The notes beneath the pieces are model-generated. The model did not search any database and was not told the origin of the DNA. It worked only from the letters and a program-made list of their open reading frames with translations. A program made the translations under genes and the position numbers. From positions 44,397 to 108,396 of the forward strand of contig JBNKOC010000030.1 of the NCBI GenBank assembly GCA_050294405.1: 64,000 bases of DNA, read 5' to 3'. Below are positions 1 through 9,199 of the stretch, one piece after another (positions within the stretch are counted from its first letter, which is position 1; each line of letters begins with the position of its first letter). The DNA comes from Fibrobacteria bacterium (GTDB lineage Bacteria; Fibrobacterota; Fibrobacteria; UBA11236; JADFYW01).

Positions 1-388
1 CGATAGTGCGGATGGGAACCATTACAAGACTTTTCACAAATGTGGGGCGGTAGGCGTTTTGGGGAATACGTTCATCCTGGTAAATATCTTCAATTACAGC
101 CGGTTTCTTATTGAGCATTGCCCAACCAGAGATACATGAATTAATAGGAAAACGGCTTCCCTTCCAGAGCGGGCTGATGGCGTCCTCATCGGCATAATAA
201 CAATGGCCATTTTCCCTGAGTACAAATGTAGCGCCATCGGCTCCCGTCAATTCACGAGCTATTTTTCGGACAATCTTCATAACCGAATCCAAGTCTTGCG
301 CAAGTGACAGTTGTTGCACTGTCAGCACAAGCTTTTCAATTCCCGAGCTGTACTTGGAACTTAGGTTTGTTTTATCGATAGTGGACAT
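1..388 (-). CDS. GAF-domain signalling protein, 5' part; runs off the window's left edge
   Basis: Hand translation from ATG at 388: MSTIDKTNLSSKYSSGIEKLVLTVQQLSLAQDLDSVMKIVRKIARELTGADGATFVLRENGHCYYADEDAISPLWKGSRFPINSCISGWAMLNKKPAVIEDIYQDERIP...FVKSLVMVPI. This is a typical GAF pattern. Not in the ORF track because it is truncated. Confidence 0.8.
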   Translation of the reverse strand, partial: MSTIDKTNLSSKYSSGIEKLVLTVQQLSLAQDLDSVMKIVRKIARELTGADGATFVLRENGHCYYADEDAISPLWKGSRFPINSCISGWAMLNKKPAVIEDIYQDERIPQNAYRPTFVKSLVMVPIRTI

Positions 389-598
389 AATATTTCCGAA
401 TATTCTAATAATATCCAAGATTTTGTTGAAAGTGAAATTAAGCAACTCAGTTTGGTTGTTAGTTAAATATTTATTGTAGTACCAGAGTTTTTCCAAAAAG
501 CAAGCAACTGACTTTGCATCCCATGGCTAGTAGAGGGATCGTTTAGTAAAAAGGCATAAGTTTTTAAGTCCCAACCAGCTGTATAAGAACTTAATGCC

Positions 599-646
599 GG
601 ACTAAATATTGTACCCCAATATTTGGTTTAGTACAAAATATTGTGT
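599..646 (+). promoter_or_regulatory. Tandem NrdR-box-like operators
   Basis: ggACTAAATATTGTAc (599-614) and gtACAAAATATTGTGt (631-646) start 32 bp apart and resemble the NrdR consensus acaCwAtATaTwGtg. A third box-like word (613-628) lies between them. They sit directly upstream of the nrdBA promoter. Confidence 0.7.
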
Positions 647-663
647 TTTCTCTAAAAAATTTA

Positions 664-692
664 TTGACTGTCATTTTTTAATGAATTAATTT
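664..692 (+). promoter_or_regulatory. sigma70-type promoter for riboswitch-nrdBA
   Basis: TTGACT-17 bp-TAATTT just before the riboswitch P1 stem. Confidence 0.45.
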
Positions 693-698
693 CATCTT

Positions 699-867
699 AT
701 CAGGTTTATCAACCATGTTGGTATCGCAAGAGGGAACCCGGTGAAAATCCGGGGCTGGCCCGCAGCGGTAATTGGGAACGAAAGCTGAATTATGGCACTG
801 TTTGCAGAGCAAATGGGAAGCCTCAGCAAGTAGGTTATTTGCCCAAAAGTCCGAAGACCTGCCTGAT
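699..867 (+). ncRNA. Cobalamin (B12) riboswitch
   Basis: Conserved elements AGGGAAcccGGTGaaAaTCCggg-GCtgGCCCgCAgCgGT, CACTG...GGGAAG and B12 box AGtCcGAAGACCTGCC. P1 atcagg (699-704) pairs with cctgat (862-867). Confidence 0.93.
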
Positions 868-967
868 TTGAAAACACTCGGGGATAGGTGGCAATCAATG
901 CGCCTCCATTATCCAAGTTTATACATCATTGGAATTTGTTTGTCTTTTTTCAAGAAAAGGAGGTTAC

Positions 968-1981
968 ATGGATTTGGGGAAAAATAATATTAAACATGTT
1001 AATAGAGATGAAGGCCACTTTGAGGTTGAACAACTGCTTCGGCCAAATGAGCAGCGGTTCACAATTTACCCCATCAATCATAAGGAAATATGGGAGTATT
1101 ACAAAAAGGCGCAGGCCAGTTTTTGGACGGCTGAGGAAATAGATCTCTTTTTTGATAAAGAGCATTGGCAAACTCTTAAGGATGAAGAACAACATTTTAT
1201 CAAATATGTCCTCGCTTTTTTTGCCGCCAGTGACGGAATTGTAAATGAAAATTTGTGCCTTAATTTTATGCGGGAAATACAAATTCCCGAAATACGATGT
1301 TTTTATGGGTTTCAAATAATGATGGAAAACATACATTCAGAGGTTTACAGTTTGATGATAGAAACATTAATACCCAATTATGAAGAAAAAAATAAGCTGT
1401 TCCGTGCAATAGAACTTATACCATGTGTAAGAGATAAATCAAAGTGGGCGTTGGATTGGATAAATAAGGGGAGTTTTGCTGAAAGGCTTTTGGCCTTTAT
1501 AGCGGTGGAAGGAATTTTCTTCTCTGGGAGTTTCTGCGCTTTATTTTGGCTAAAAAAAAGAGGACTGATGCCCGGACTCACCTTTTCCAATGAATTGATT
1601 TCAAGGGATGAGGCTATGCATTGTGAGTTCGGATGTTTGTTGTATGGCATGCTAGAAAATAAGCCTGAAGAATACATTGTGCAGTCTATTTTCAAGAGTG
1701 CAGTAGAAGTAGAAAAAAAGTTTATTTTAGAAGCGCTCCCTGTCAGTTTAATAGGCATGAATAACCAGGATATGGGCCAATATATTGAATATGTTGCGGA
1801 CTATTGGATGGAGGCTCTTGGGTATGGGCCAATATATCAAGCACAAAACCCTTTTGATTTTATGGAGCTCATTTCTTTGCAAGGAAAGACAAACTTTTTT
1901 GAAAAAAGGGTCGGGGACTATCGAAAATCTTCTGTGGGTGTTCTTGCGGGCGAGAAATTTTCACTGACAGAAGACTTTTAG
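968..1981 (+). CDS. nrdB: Ribonucleotide reductase class Ia beta (R2) subunit, eukaryote-like subtype
   Basis: Motifs [60 protein letters not shown]. Start placed at ATG 968 after RBS AAGGAGG; the ORF track starts at 929. Confidence 0.95.
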   Translation: MDLGKNNIKHVNRDEGHFEVEQLLRPNEQRFTIYPINHKEIWEYYKKAQASFWTAEEIDLFFDKEHWQTLKDEEQHFIKYVLAFFAASDGIVNENLCLNFMREIQIPEIRCFYGFQIMMENIHSEVYSLMIETLIPNYEEKNKLFRAIELIPCVRDKSKWALDWINKGSFAERLLAFIAVEGIFFSGSFCALFWLKKRGLMPGLTFSNELISRDEAMHCEFGCLLYGMLENKPEEYIVQSIFKSAVEVEKKFILEALPVSLIGMNNQDMGQYIEYVADYWMEALGYGPIYQAQNPFDFMELISLQGKTNFFEKRVGDYRKSSVGVLAGEKFSLTEDF

Positions 1982-1989
1982 GAGGAAAT

Positions 1990-4344
1990 ATGTTTGTTGT
2001 AAAAAGATCCGGAAAAAAAGAATCAATATATTTTGACAAGATCACATGGAGAGTTGAGAAGCTTTGTTATGGTCTGGACAGAGATAAATTAGACGTCATA
2101 GAAATTACCAAAAAAGTGATCAATGGACTGTACGACGGAGTTACTACCTCAGAACTTGACAGTCTGGCGGCTGAGATTTGCGCGAGCCTTGCTCTCAAGC
2201 ATCCTGACTATGGAGTGCTAGCGGCGCGCATTGCCATTTCAAATTTGCACAAAAGCACAGAGAAATCCTTTTCAAAGGTTATGGAAAAACTTTTTCGACA
2301 AGAGAGGAGGGAGACTCCAGATAAACCATTTTTATCAAATCGGTTCATGGAAACTATTCGAAAATACAATGATGAATTGGATTCCTGCATCATACACTCG
2401 CGTGATTTTAATTTTGATTTCTTTGGAATCAAAACTTTAGAAAAATCCTACTTGCTAAGACTTGGCGATCATATTGTGGAGCGGCCTCAACATATGTTTA
2501 TGAGATGCGCGGTGGAAATCCATGGTGATGATATTGAAAAAGTTAAAGAAACATATAATCACATGGCCGAAGGAAATTTTATTCATGCTACCCCCACTCT
2601 GTTTAATTCCGGAACCCCAAAAAACCAAATGTCATCCTGTTTTCTAATGACCATTAAAGATGATAGCATTGAGGGCATTTACGAAAGTTTAAAGGATTGC
2701 GCCAAAATTTCTCAATCGGCTGGCGGAATCGGAATTAGCGTGCAGCACATAAGGGCTAAGGGCTCTTCCATAAATGGAACCAATGGAAAGAGCAACGGAA
2801 TTATTCCTATGTTAAGGGTGTTTAATGATACTGCCCGTTATGTTGACCAAGGGGGAGGTAAACGTAAAGGGGCGATTGCTGTATATTTGGAACCATGGCA
2901 TGCGGATATTTTTGACTTCTTGGATTTGCGAAAAAACCACGGGCAGGAAGAATTACGCACTCGGGACTTATTTACGGCCCTTTGGATGAATGATTTATTT
3001 ATGGAAAGGGTCGAAAATAATGGAATGTGGTCTTTGTTTTGTCCAACCAAGGCCCCTATGTTAGTGGATAGTTATGGGGAAGATTTCAAACGCCATTATT
3101 TACATTACGAGCGGGAAGGTTTGGCGTTACGCCAGGTTTCTGCCCAGGACTTGTGGTTTTCTATTGTGAACTCTCAAATTGAAACGGGTACTCCCTATAT
3201 ATTGTACAAAGACGCTTGTAACAAAAAATCCAATCAAAAAAATCTGGGTACGATTCGCAATTCCAACCTTTGCGCTGAGATTGTGGAGTATTCTTCGGCC
3301 GAAGAATACGCAGTTTGCAATTTAGCATCTATCGCTCTGCCAAAATGTGTGGAAAATGGGAGGTTCAATTTTTCAAAGCTCGAAGAAATTACCTCAATTA
3401 TTACCATAAATCTAAACCGTATTATTGACAAAAATTATTACCCTGTCCCAGAAACCAAAAAATCCAACTTACGAAATCGGCCAATTGGTATTGGAGTCCA
3501 GGGACTTGCCGATGTTTTTCTTTTAATGGGCCTGGCTTTTGAAAGCTCCGAAGCCAAAATGCTTAATCGGGAAATATTCGAAACTATTTATTATGCGGCT
3601 GTCCAGCAATCAATTGCACTTGCCAGAGAGTTTGGTCCTTATGACTCTTTTGAAGGAAGCCCGGCAAGCAAAGGGCTGCTGCAGTTTGATTTGTGGGACA
3701 TTAAGCCTTCAGAAAGGTATGATTGGAAAGCTTTAAAAGCGGATTTGAAAAAATATGGGTTGCGCAATTCTTTGCTAGTAGCTCCAATGCCTACGGCTTC
3801 CACTTCCCAAATCTTAGGAAACAATGAATGTTTTGAACCTTATACATCAAATATTTATACGCGTAGAGTTTTGTCCGGAGAGTACATTGTTATTAACAAG
3901 CATTTGCTTAAAGATCTCATGGATAGCGGGCTTTGGAATTTGGATATAAAAAACAAAATTATAATGGCCGGCGGGTCCGTACAGAATATTTCGGAAATTC
4001 CTGAGGATATGCGACGCAAATATAAAACAGTTTGGGAAATCAGCCAGAAGTCAATTATTGACATGGCAGCTCAAAGAGGGCCTTTTGTTTGCCAAACCCA
4101 ATCCATGAATTTATTTATGGAAACTCCAACAGCGGCTAAAATTTCATCTATGCATTTTTATGCCTGGAAAAAAGGGCTTAAAACCGGAATGTATTATCTG
4201 AGAAGCCAAGCAGCGGGAAAAGCTGTTCAATTCACTGTGCGCAGTGGCCGTGCCTTGGAAAAGGTTTCAAAAGCAAAGGATACCGAACCTATGGCCTGTG
4301 AAATTGGAGTCGGAGGTGAAGGTTGTGAAGTTTGCTCTTCATAA
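1990..4344 (+). CDS. nrdA: Ribonucleotide reductase class Ia alpha (R1) subunit with N-terminal ATP cone
   Basis: VVKRSG ATP cone, [46 protein letters not shown] and a C-terminal CEVC redox pair. Confidence 0.96.
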   Translation: MFVVKRSGKKESIYFDKITWRVEKLCYGLDRDKLDVIEITKKVINGLYDGVTTSELDSLAAEICASLALKHPDYGVLAARIAISNLHKSTEKSFSKVMEKLFRQERRETPDKPFLSNRFMETIRKYNDELDSCIIHSRDFNFDFFGIKTLEKSYLLRLGDHIVERPQHMFMRCAVEIHGDDIEKVKETYNHMAEGNFIHATPTLFNSGTPKNQMSSCFLMTIKDDSIEGIYESLKDCAKISQSAGGIGISVQHIRAKGSSINGTNGKSNGIIPMLRVFNDTARYVDQGGGKRKGAIAVYLEPWHADIFDFLDLRKNHGQEELRTRDLFTALWMNDLFMERVENNGMWSLFCPTKAPMLVDSYGEDFKRHYLHYEREGLALRQVSAQDLWFSIVNSQIETGTPYILYKDACNKKSNQKNLGTIRNSNLCAEIVEYSSAEEYAVCNLASIALPKCVENGRFNFSKLEEITSIITINLNRIIDKNYYPVPETKKSNLRNRPIGIGVQGLADVFLLMGLAFESSEAKMLNREIFETIYYAAVQQSIALAREFGPYDSFEGSPASKGLLQFDLWDIKPSERYDWKALKADLKKYGLRNSLLVAPMPTASTSQILGNNECFEPYTSNIYTRRVLSGEYIVINKHLLKDLMDSGLWNLDIKNKIIMAGGSVQNISEIPEDMRRKYKTVWEISQKSIIDMAAQRGPFVCQTQSMNLFMETPTAAKISSMHFYAWKKGLKTGMYYLRSQAAGKAVQFTVRSGRALEKVSKAKDTEPMACEIGVGGEGCEVCSS

Positions 4345-4368
4345 AAATTTTGGGCAACACTAATTATT

Positions 4369-4788
4369 TCAATTTTTGTTTCCTGAAACAAAAGGGCTGT
4401 AAGCTTTATCCATCCCTAAAATATGACCGGCAATCCAGGTTTTAAGGAATCGGCAGATCTTAGCTGAGGAATGGGGATCGCGATTTTCCTGAAACTCAGT
4501 GATGTAAGCGGATAATTGGGCAAGGAGCCTTTCATGAGCCTGCTTGTGTTTTTTAAGTTCGGGGTAATGGCGCAATTTCAATTCCGCTTCCTCATCATTA
4601 AAATGTATCTGACATTTCCAGCTTAACTCTTTTAGATGCTCCCCTGCTTGCTTCCAATTTTGAGCTTGGCTTGCCGTATAAAAATGATTCATGCTTTGGA
4701 TTAGCATTTGATGTTGTTTGTCAAATTTTTCTACCTGTGTAGAAAGTTGTTCGCTCCATTTGAAAAAAAGTTCCTCGCCTTGCCCCAT
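4369..4788 (-). CDS. Bacteriohemerythrin
   Basis: Complete di-iron ligand set: D-x-QH, HFNDEE, HKQAH, W..GHILGMD. Confidence 0.88.
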   Translation of the reverse strand: MGQGEELFFKWSEQLSTQVEKFDKQHQMLIQSMNHFYTASQAQNWKQAGEHLKELSWKCQIHFNDEEAELKLRHYPELKKHKQAHERLLAQLSAYITEFQENRDPHSSAKICRFLKTWIAGHILGMDKAYSPFVSGNKN

Positions 4789-4822
4789 ATTTGGATTTTA
4801 CCATACTTTTTTGTGCCAGAAC

Positions 4823-4862
4823 AAAATCAGACCAAAGGCACCCATTGGTGCCTCTGGACTGA
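4823..4862 (-). terminator. Terminator-like hairpin in the hemerythrin leader
   Basis: Minus strand tcagtccagaggcacc-aatg-ggtgcctttggtctga followed by ttttgtt, 35 nt upstream of the hemerythrin start. Confidence 0.5.
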
Positions 4863-4922
4863 CTGAGGAATGAGATTTGAAGAACTAAGTTCAGCCAAAT
4901 CGGTTTTGCGTTACCGAAGTTA

Positions 4923-4951
4923 AGTGTATTACAAACCCATTTTATATTCAA
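4923..4951 (-). promoter_or_regulatory. sigma70-type promoter
   Basis: Minus strand TTGAAT-17 bp-TACACT. Confidence 0.55.
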
Positions 4952-5065
4952 TACATTTTTTGCATATTATTTTTTATCCTGAGGCCGAAATAAGTCTTAC
5001 CTAATAAATTTGGCTGAAATCCTTAGTATAAATCAAACTTTGGGCTAGTTCTCTAGCCAATTTTT

Positions 5066-5095
5066 AAGGTGTAAACAATTGTTGCACCTTTTTTT
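5066..5095 (+). terminator. Terminator-like hairpin upstream of the FapA-family gene
   Basis: aaggtgtaa-acaattg-ttgcacctt plus a T-run. Confidence 0.5.
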
Positions 5096-5234
5096 GGGTT
5101 TGAAGTTCAGGTAAAATTTAATTGCGAAAATGAAACCATTACTCACATGCAATTCTCAAAATCAAAAAGCTTTAATAGAAAACGGAGATAAAATTTACTC
5201 AAATCAAGGCGCCAATAATCGCTAGGAACCTGAA

Positions 5235-7172
5235 ATGATTACACGGGTTTTCATTTGTGAAGACAAAATGAGTGCATACTTAGATGTGATTTATCAGAAT
5301 GGGAATTCAGAAAACATAACACATGTGGAAATTGAAAAATTATTGGTTTCCAATAATGTTATCTATGGGTATTCCGCGGAAGACATAAAAAAAGCGGCAA
5401 TAAAGTGTAAAATTGATGGTGGACTTAACAATTACCTCATAGCAAAAGGAAAAGAAAAATCATTTCCCGAGATCCAGTCTTTTTCTTTTGATGAAAAATT
5501 AGTTACGCCTGAAAATTATATTAGCAAATACAAACATGATTTTAATTCGGGAAAATTCTATGAACCTGATGAGTTTCCCAATGAGATATACCCTTTAGTT
5601 CCTGGTCAGGTTATAGGTCAACTGCTTTTTTCTGCAAAGGGGAACGAAAAAATTAATGTTTTTGGGGAAAATGAATCTTGCTACCCAGATTTTTACCCTT
5701 ATAATATTCCGGAGTTTTTAGTAAAAAGGGAGCAAATTCTTTCCAATGCAAACGGATTGCTATATAGGGATGGAGAAAAATACAAAATCCTTCCGTTTCA
5801 AAATGATTTTGAGTTCTCAGTAAACATTGATTCAGCCAAGATGGCTGTCGCCCTGGAAATATATCCATCTAAAATAAAAGATGTCGGGAAAAGTTCAAAA
5901 AACATTTTAGAGGACCTAACAAGTAAAAAAATTAGGGCATCAGTAAATGCGCCAAAAATTTGTGGTTTAATTTCAAGCTTTGCAAAAGACAAAAAAAAGG
6001 TTTCAGGAATAATTTCCGTAGGAAAAAAACCAGTTCCTGGGAGAAATGGCGAAGTGAATGTTTTATATAATGAGGTCCCAGAAAACTTAATAAGTGAAAC
6101 GGATGACCAAAAAATAGATTTTAAGGCGCATAACTCCTTTGTTAAAATCGAGGAAAATTCTGTTATAGCCGTCATTCAAGACCCAATTCCAGGTGTGGAG
6201 GGGGTGGATGTTTATGGTGAAGTTGTTGAAGTTAAGCCTCCAAAACAGGCGAAGTTTAGTTCGGGAGAAGGAACATTTATAAATCCAGCCGATAACACAC
6301 AATTATTAGCTAAATGGGATGGCATTTTTCAGTTAAAGAATGGCCTTCCTTCTGTCCGTCCAGTATTAGAAATAAACGGTCATGTGGATTTTGAATCGGG
6401 CGACATAGATTTTAGTGGAGATGTAATAATCGGCGGAGACATTAAATCCGGCTTTAAGGTTAAAGGCAAATCGCTAGAAATAAGTGGTTCTGTTGAGGAT
6501 TGCCAAGTCAGTTCTTTTGGTAATATTAATATTAGCGGAGGTTTTATAGGTGAAGGAAATGGTAAGATTGTTTGTTCTTCAGGGGATCTTGTCATGGGAT
6601 TTATACATAATCAGACCGTATTGTGTGGGGGGAATGTTGTTATTCAAAAAGAATGTTTTGACGCTAAACTAAAATGTGCTGGAAGTATTAATTGCAACGG
6701 AGATCCCATTTCTATTGTCGGCGGAAATCTGTGCAGTTATTTGGGGCTCAATGCCAATGTGATTGGAAATGAAACAGGCCAAAAGACGTTAATTGAAATA
6801 GGAAAAAACTTTTTGTTGGAGGAAAACTTAGATAAGTTAAGCGACGAATTAGAGGAACTGGAAAAAAAACAACGACGATTAAAGTATTTATTTAATAAAC
6901 TTTCGAAATGGCACAAAAAATCCGAATACATGTATTTGCTTTCGAAATCTGAAAAAGCAAATGGAATCTTGAAAAGGACCTTAGCTGAAAAGCTTATACA
7001 AATAAAAGAGTGCAAAGAGAACTTGATTACCAAAAAGGATGTTTGTGTGAAAGCAAATAAAATATATCCTGGGGTAATATTAAACATCAAAGGGGAAATT
7101 TTAATAGTCCCAAAAGTTATCGAAAATGTTGAACTAAAAGTCAGGAACAACAGAGTTATAAACGTAAAATGA
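5235..7172 (+). CDS. FapA/DUF342 family protein
   Basis: GKKPVPGRNG, IDFK, GVEGVDVYG, VLEINGHVDFESGDIDFSGDVIIGGDIKSGFKV beta-helix and IYPGVIL C-terminus. Confidence 0.8.
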   Translation: MITRVFICEDKMSAYLDVIYQNGNSENITHVEIEKLLVSNNVIYGYSAEDIKKAAIKCKIDGGLNNYLIAKGKEKSFPEIQSFSFDEKLVTPENYISKYKHDFNSGKFYEPDEFPNEIYPLVPGQVIGQLLFSAKGNEKINVFGENESCYPDFYPYNIPEFLVKREQILSNANGLLYRDGEKYKILPFQNDFEFSVNIDSAKMAVALEIYPSKIKDVGKSSKNILEDLTSKKIRASVNAPKICGLISSFAKDKKKVSGIISVGKKPVPGRNGEVNVLYNEVPENLISETDDQKIDFKAHNSFVKIEENSVIAVIQDPIPGVEGVDVYGEVVEVKPPKQAKFSSGEGTFINPADNTQLLAKWDGIFQLKNGLPSVRPVLEINGHVDFESGDIDFSGDVIIGGDIKSGFKVKGKSLEISGSVEDCQVSSFGNINISGGFIGEGNGKIVCSSGDLVMGFIHNQTVLCGGNVVIQKECFDAKLKCAGSINCNGDPISIVGGNLCSYLGLNANVIGNETGQKTLIEIGKNFLLEENLDKLSDELEELEKKQRRLKYLFNKLSKWHKKSEYMYLLSKSEKANGILKRTLAEKLIQIKECKENLITKKDVCVKANKIYPGVILNIKGEILIVPKVIENVELKVRNNRVINVK

Positions 7173-7603
7173 ATAAAGTGCTAATTATTGACGATGCCAA
7201 GCCTTTGCTTAATATAATGCAGCTCAGGCTAAAAAACGATTTTAAAGTGATAACCTCATTAAGTAGTGTTGATGGAATAAAAATGATTGTCAAGGAAAAT
7301 CCGGATGTGCTCGTTATTGATTTAATGATGCCCCAAATTAATGGAATTCAAATTTTGCAAAGCTTAAAAAATAAAAATAATTATGTTCCAGTTATTGTGC
7401 TAACTAGTGCCAAACATAGCCCTATGGTTGATGAAGCTTATGCTTTAGGCGCCAAAAAAGTACTGTTTAAGCCCTGCAATTTTAGCGATTTAATTTCCAC
7501 CATCAAAATTGTTATTGAAGAATCTGTGATTACCGGAGACGAATTGGCTGAACTTGAAAACCTGGTGAAGGAAATACTGTTACAAGAAAAAGGCGAAAAT
7601 TGA
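7169..7603 (+). CDS. Single-domain response regulator
   Basis: LIIDD, DLMMP, VLTS, FKP; ATGA overlap with the upstream gene. Confidence 0.88.
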   Translation: MNKVLIIDDAKPLLNIMQLRLKNDFKVITSLSSVDGIKMIVKENPDVLVIDLMMPQINGIQILQSLKNKNNYVPVIVLTSAKHSPMVDEAYALGAKKVLFKPCNFSDLISTIKIVIEESVITGDELAELENLVKEILLQEKGEN

Positions 7604-7606
7604 ATA

Positions 7607-7996
7607 ATGGCAAAGTTTTTAATTGTTGATGATGAGTCCGTAAATACCAAACTTTTAGAAAGAATATTAGTTGAATTTGGGGAATGTGTTTGCTGCCATT
7701 CAGGTGGAGAAGCTTTGGATGAAATTGTCAAAGCTTCGCGAGAAAAAAATAATTTCGATGCGATTTTTCTGGATATTATGATGCCTCGAATGGATGGTCA
7801 TGAGATCTTAAGAATATTGAGGAAAATAGAGTCTGAACATATGTTAAATAAATCAATAGTATTTATGGTCACAGCATTGGACGATGCTGATTCCGTCATG
7901 GATTCGTTTATGGCAGATTGCCAGGAGTATCTTATTAAACCTGTTGAGAAGAAAAAATTAATACGTAAGTTAAACAAATATGGAATAAGCGAATAG
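7607..7996 (+). CDS. Single-domain response regulator (CheY-like)
   Basis: LIVDD, LDIMMPRMDG, MVTA, IKP. Confidence 0.88.
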   Translation: MAKFLIVDDESVNTKLLERILVEFGECVCCHSGGEALDEIVKASREKNNFDAIFLDIMMPRMDGHEILRILRKIESEHMLNKSIVFMVTALDDADSVMDSFMADCQEYLIKPVEKKKLIRKLNKYGISE

Positions 7997-8411
7997 ATAA
8001 TTAAACCCAGAAACAATCTTGCTCACTTTTTATTTGAATATTTTCACCATTTTATACCGAAGGTTGGGAAAAAATTTTGGAAAATTGGAAGGGCACACCC
8101 GCTTCTTCCTTAGCTATTTTGCATCGTTTAGCATCCGGTTCTAAAAATTTGGATTTTTAAGCTCCGGAGGGCCAGCGCTAGAAGTAGCATTGCCAACAGT
8201 ATCAATTAGAAGTAGAACCCATGCTTGTTATGATTTTGAAGGTTGCAAAACCAAGTTGGATAGTCGATGAGTCCTGGAAATTCTTTTCTCAATTTTAAAA
8301 AGGGGTTTTGGTACTCCCCTAAACCATAAGTAATTGTGGTTTTTCTCAAATCTGGCCTTAACAGCCTAAAAATCCTAAGTTTATTTGGAACAACCTTTAA
8401 GGGGAACTATT

Positions 8412-8894
8412 ATGCCAAAAAATACTTCAATTGAAATAGGAATTTCAGATGGAGATAGAAAAAAAATCAGCGAAGGATTAAATAAAGTTTTAGCTGACAG
8501 TTACACCCTTTACCTTAAAACCCATTATTATCATTGGAATGTAACCGGGCCTATGTTTCAAACTTTGCATTTGATGTTTGAAACTCACTATAATGAATTG
8601 GCTTTGGCTGTTGATTTAATTGCCGAACGAATCAGGTCTTTAGGCCACGTGGCCCCGGGTACCTATTCGGAGTTTGCCAAACTTGGCAGCATATCAGAAG
8701 ATAAAGGGGTTCCAAAAGCTAAAGACATGATCAAAAATTTGGTAAAAGGACATGAAGCTGTTGCCAAAACAGTTAGAGGTTGCTTTCCAACTGCAGAAAA
8801 AGCCTCTGACCAAGCTACCATGGATTTATTGACCCAGCGTCTTCAGGTTCATGAAAAGACGGCCTGGATGCTGCGAAGCTTATTAGAAGATTAA
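8412..8894 (+). CDS. dps: DNA starvation/stationary phase protection protein
   Basis: [44 protein letters not shown]. Start placed at ATG 8412. Confidence 0.93.
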   Translation: MPKNTSIEIGISDGDRKKISEGLNKVLADSYTLYLKTHYYHWNVTGPMFQTLHLMFETHYNELALAVDLIAERIRSLGHVAPGTYSEFAKLGSISEDKGVPKAKDMIKNLVKGHEAVAKTVRGCFPTAEKASDQATMDLLTQRLQVHEKTAWMLRSLLED

Positions 8895-9059
8895 AGAGCT
8901 TTGTGTCGGAATTAAAAAAAAGGTTTCCTTTTTTGTAAAAAAAATGAGCGAAAATTGTCCGTTGAAGCGTCTAATTATTAATAGACCTATTTAAAAAATC
9001 AGCTTCTGATATTGGAGAGTTGGTTTTCTGACAAATTTCGCGCAACCAATAACTAATCT

Positions 9060-9087
9060 AAGGCCTTTCTTCGGAAAGGCCTTTTTT
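9060..9087 (+). terminator. Rho-independent terminator
   Basis: aaggcctttc-TTCG-gaaaggcctt plus T-run (cUUCGg tetraloop). Confidence 0.85.
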
Positions 9088-9199
9088 GTTTATTTCTGAC
9101 AATTTTACATGGATGCTTTTGGAGCCAAAATTTTGAATATCAGTTATATTTTACGGCAGCGACAAATTTGACCTATTTAAATATGAAAAACGGCTAAAA

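Noticed and set aside
692..1142. Short ORFs 692-916, 772-987 and 888-1142
   Set aside because: They overlap the cobalamin riboswitch and nrdB and carry no protein motifs.
4895..4925. ACGCAAA word resembling the c-di-GMP-I riboswitch
   Set aside because: The upstream GGCAAA-stem-GAAA element and the P3 tetraloop receptor are absent.
8017..8384. Possible pseudogene remnant on the minus strand (hydrophobic stretch LILLAMLLLALAL)
   Set aside because: Interrupted by stops, with no start or RBS and no recognisable family
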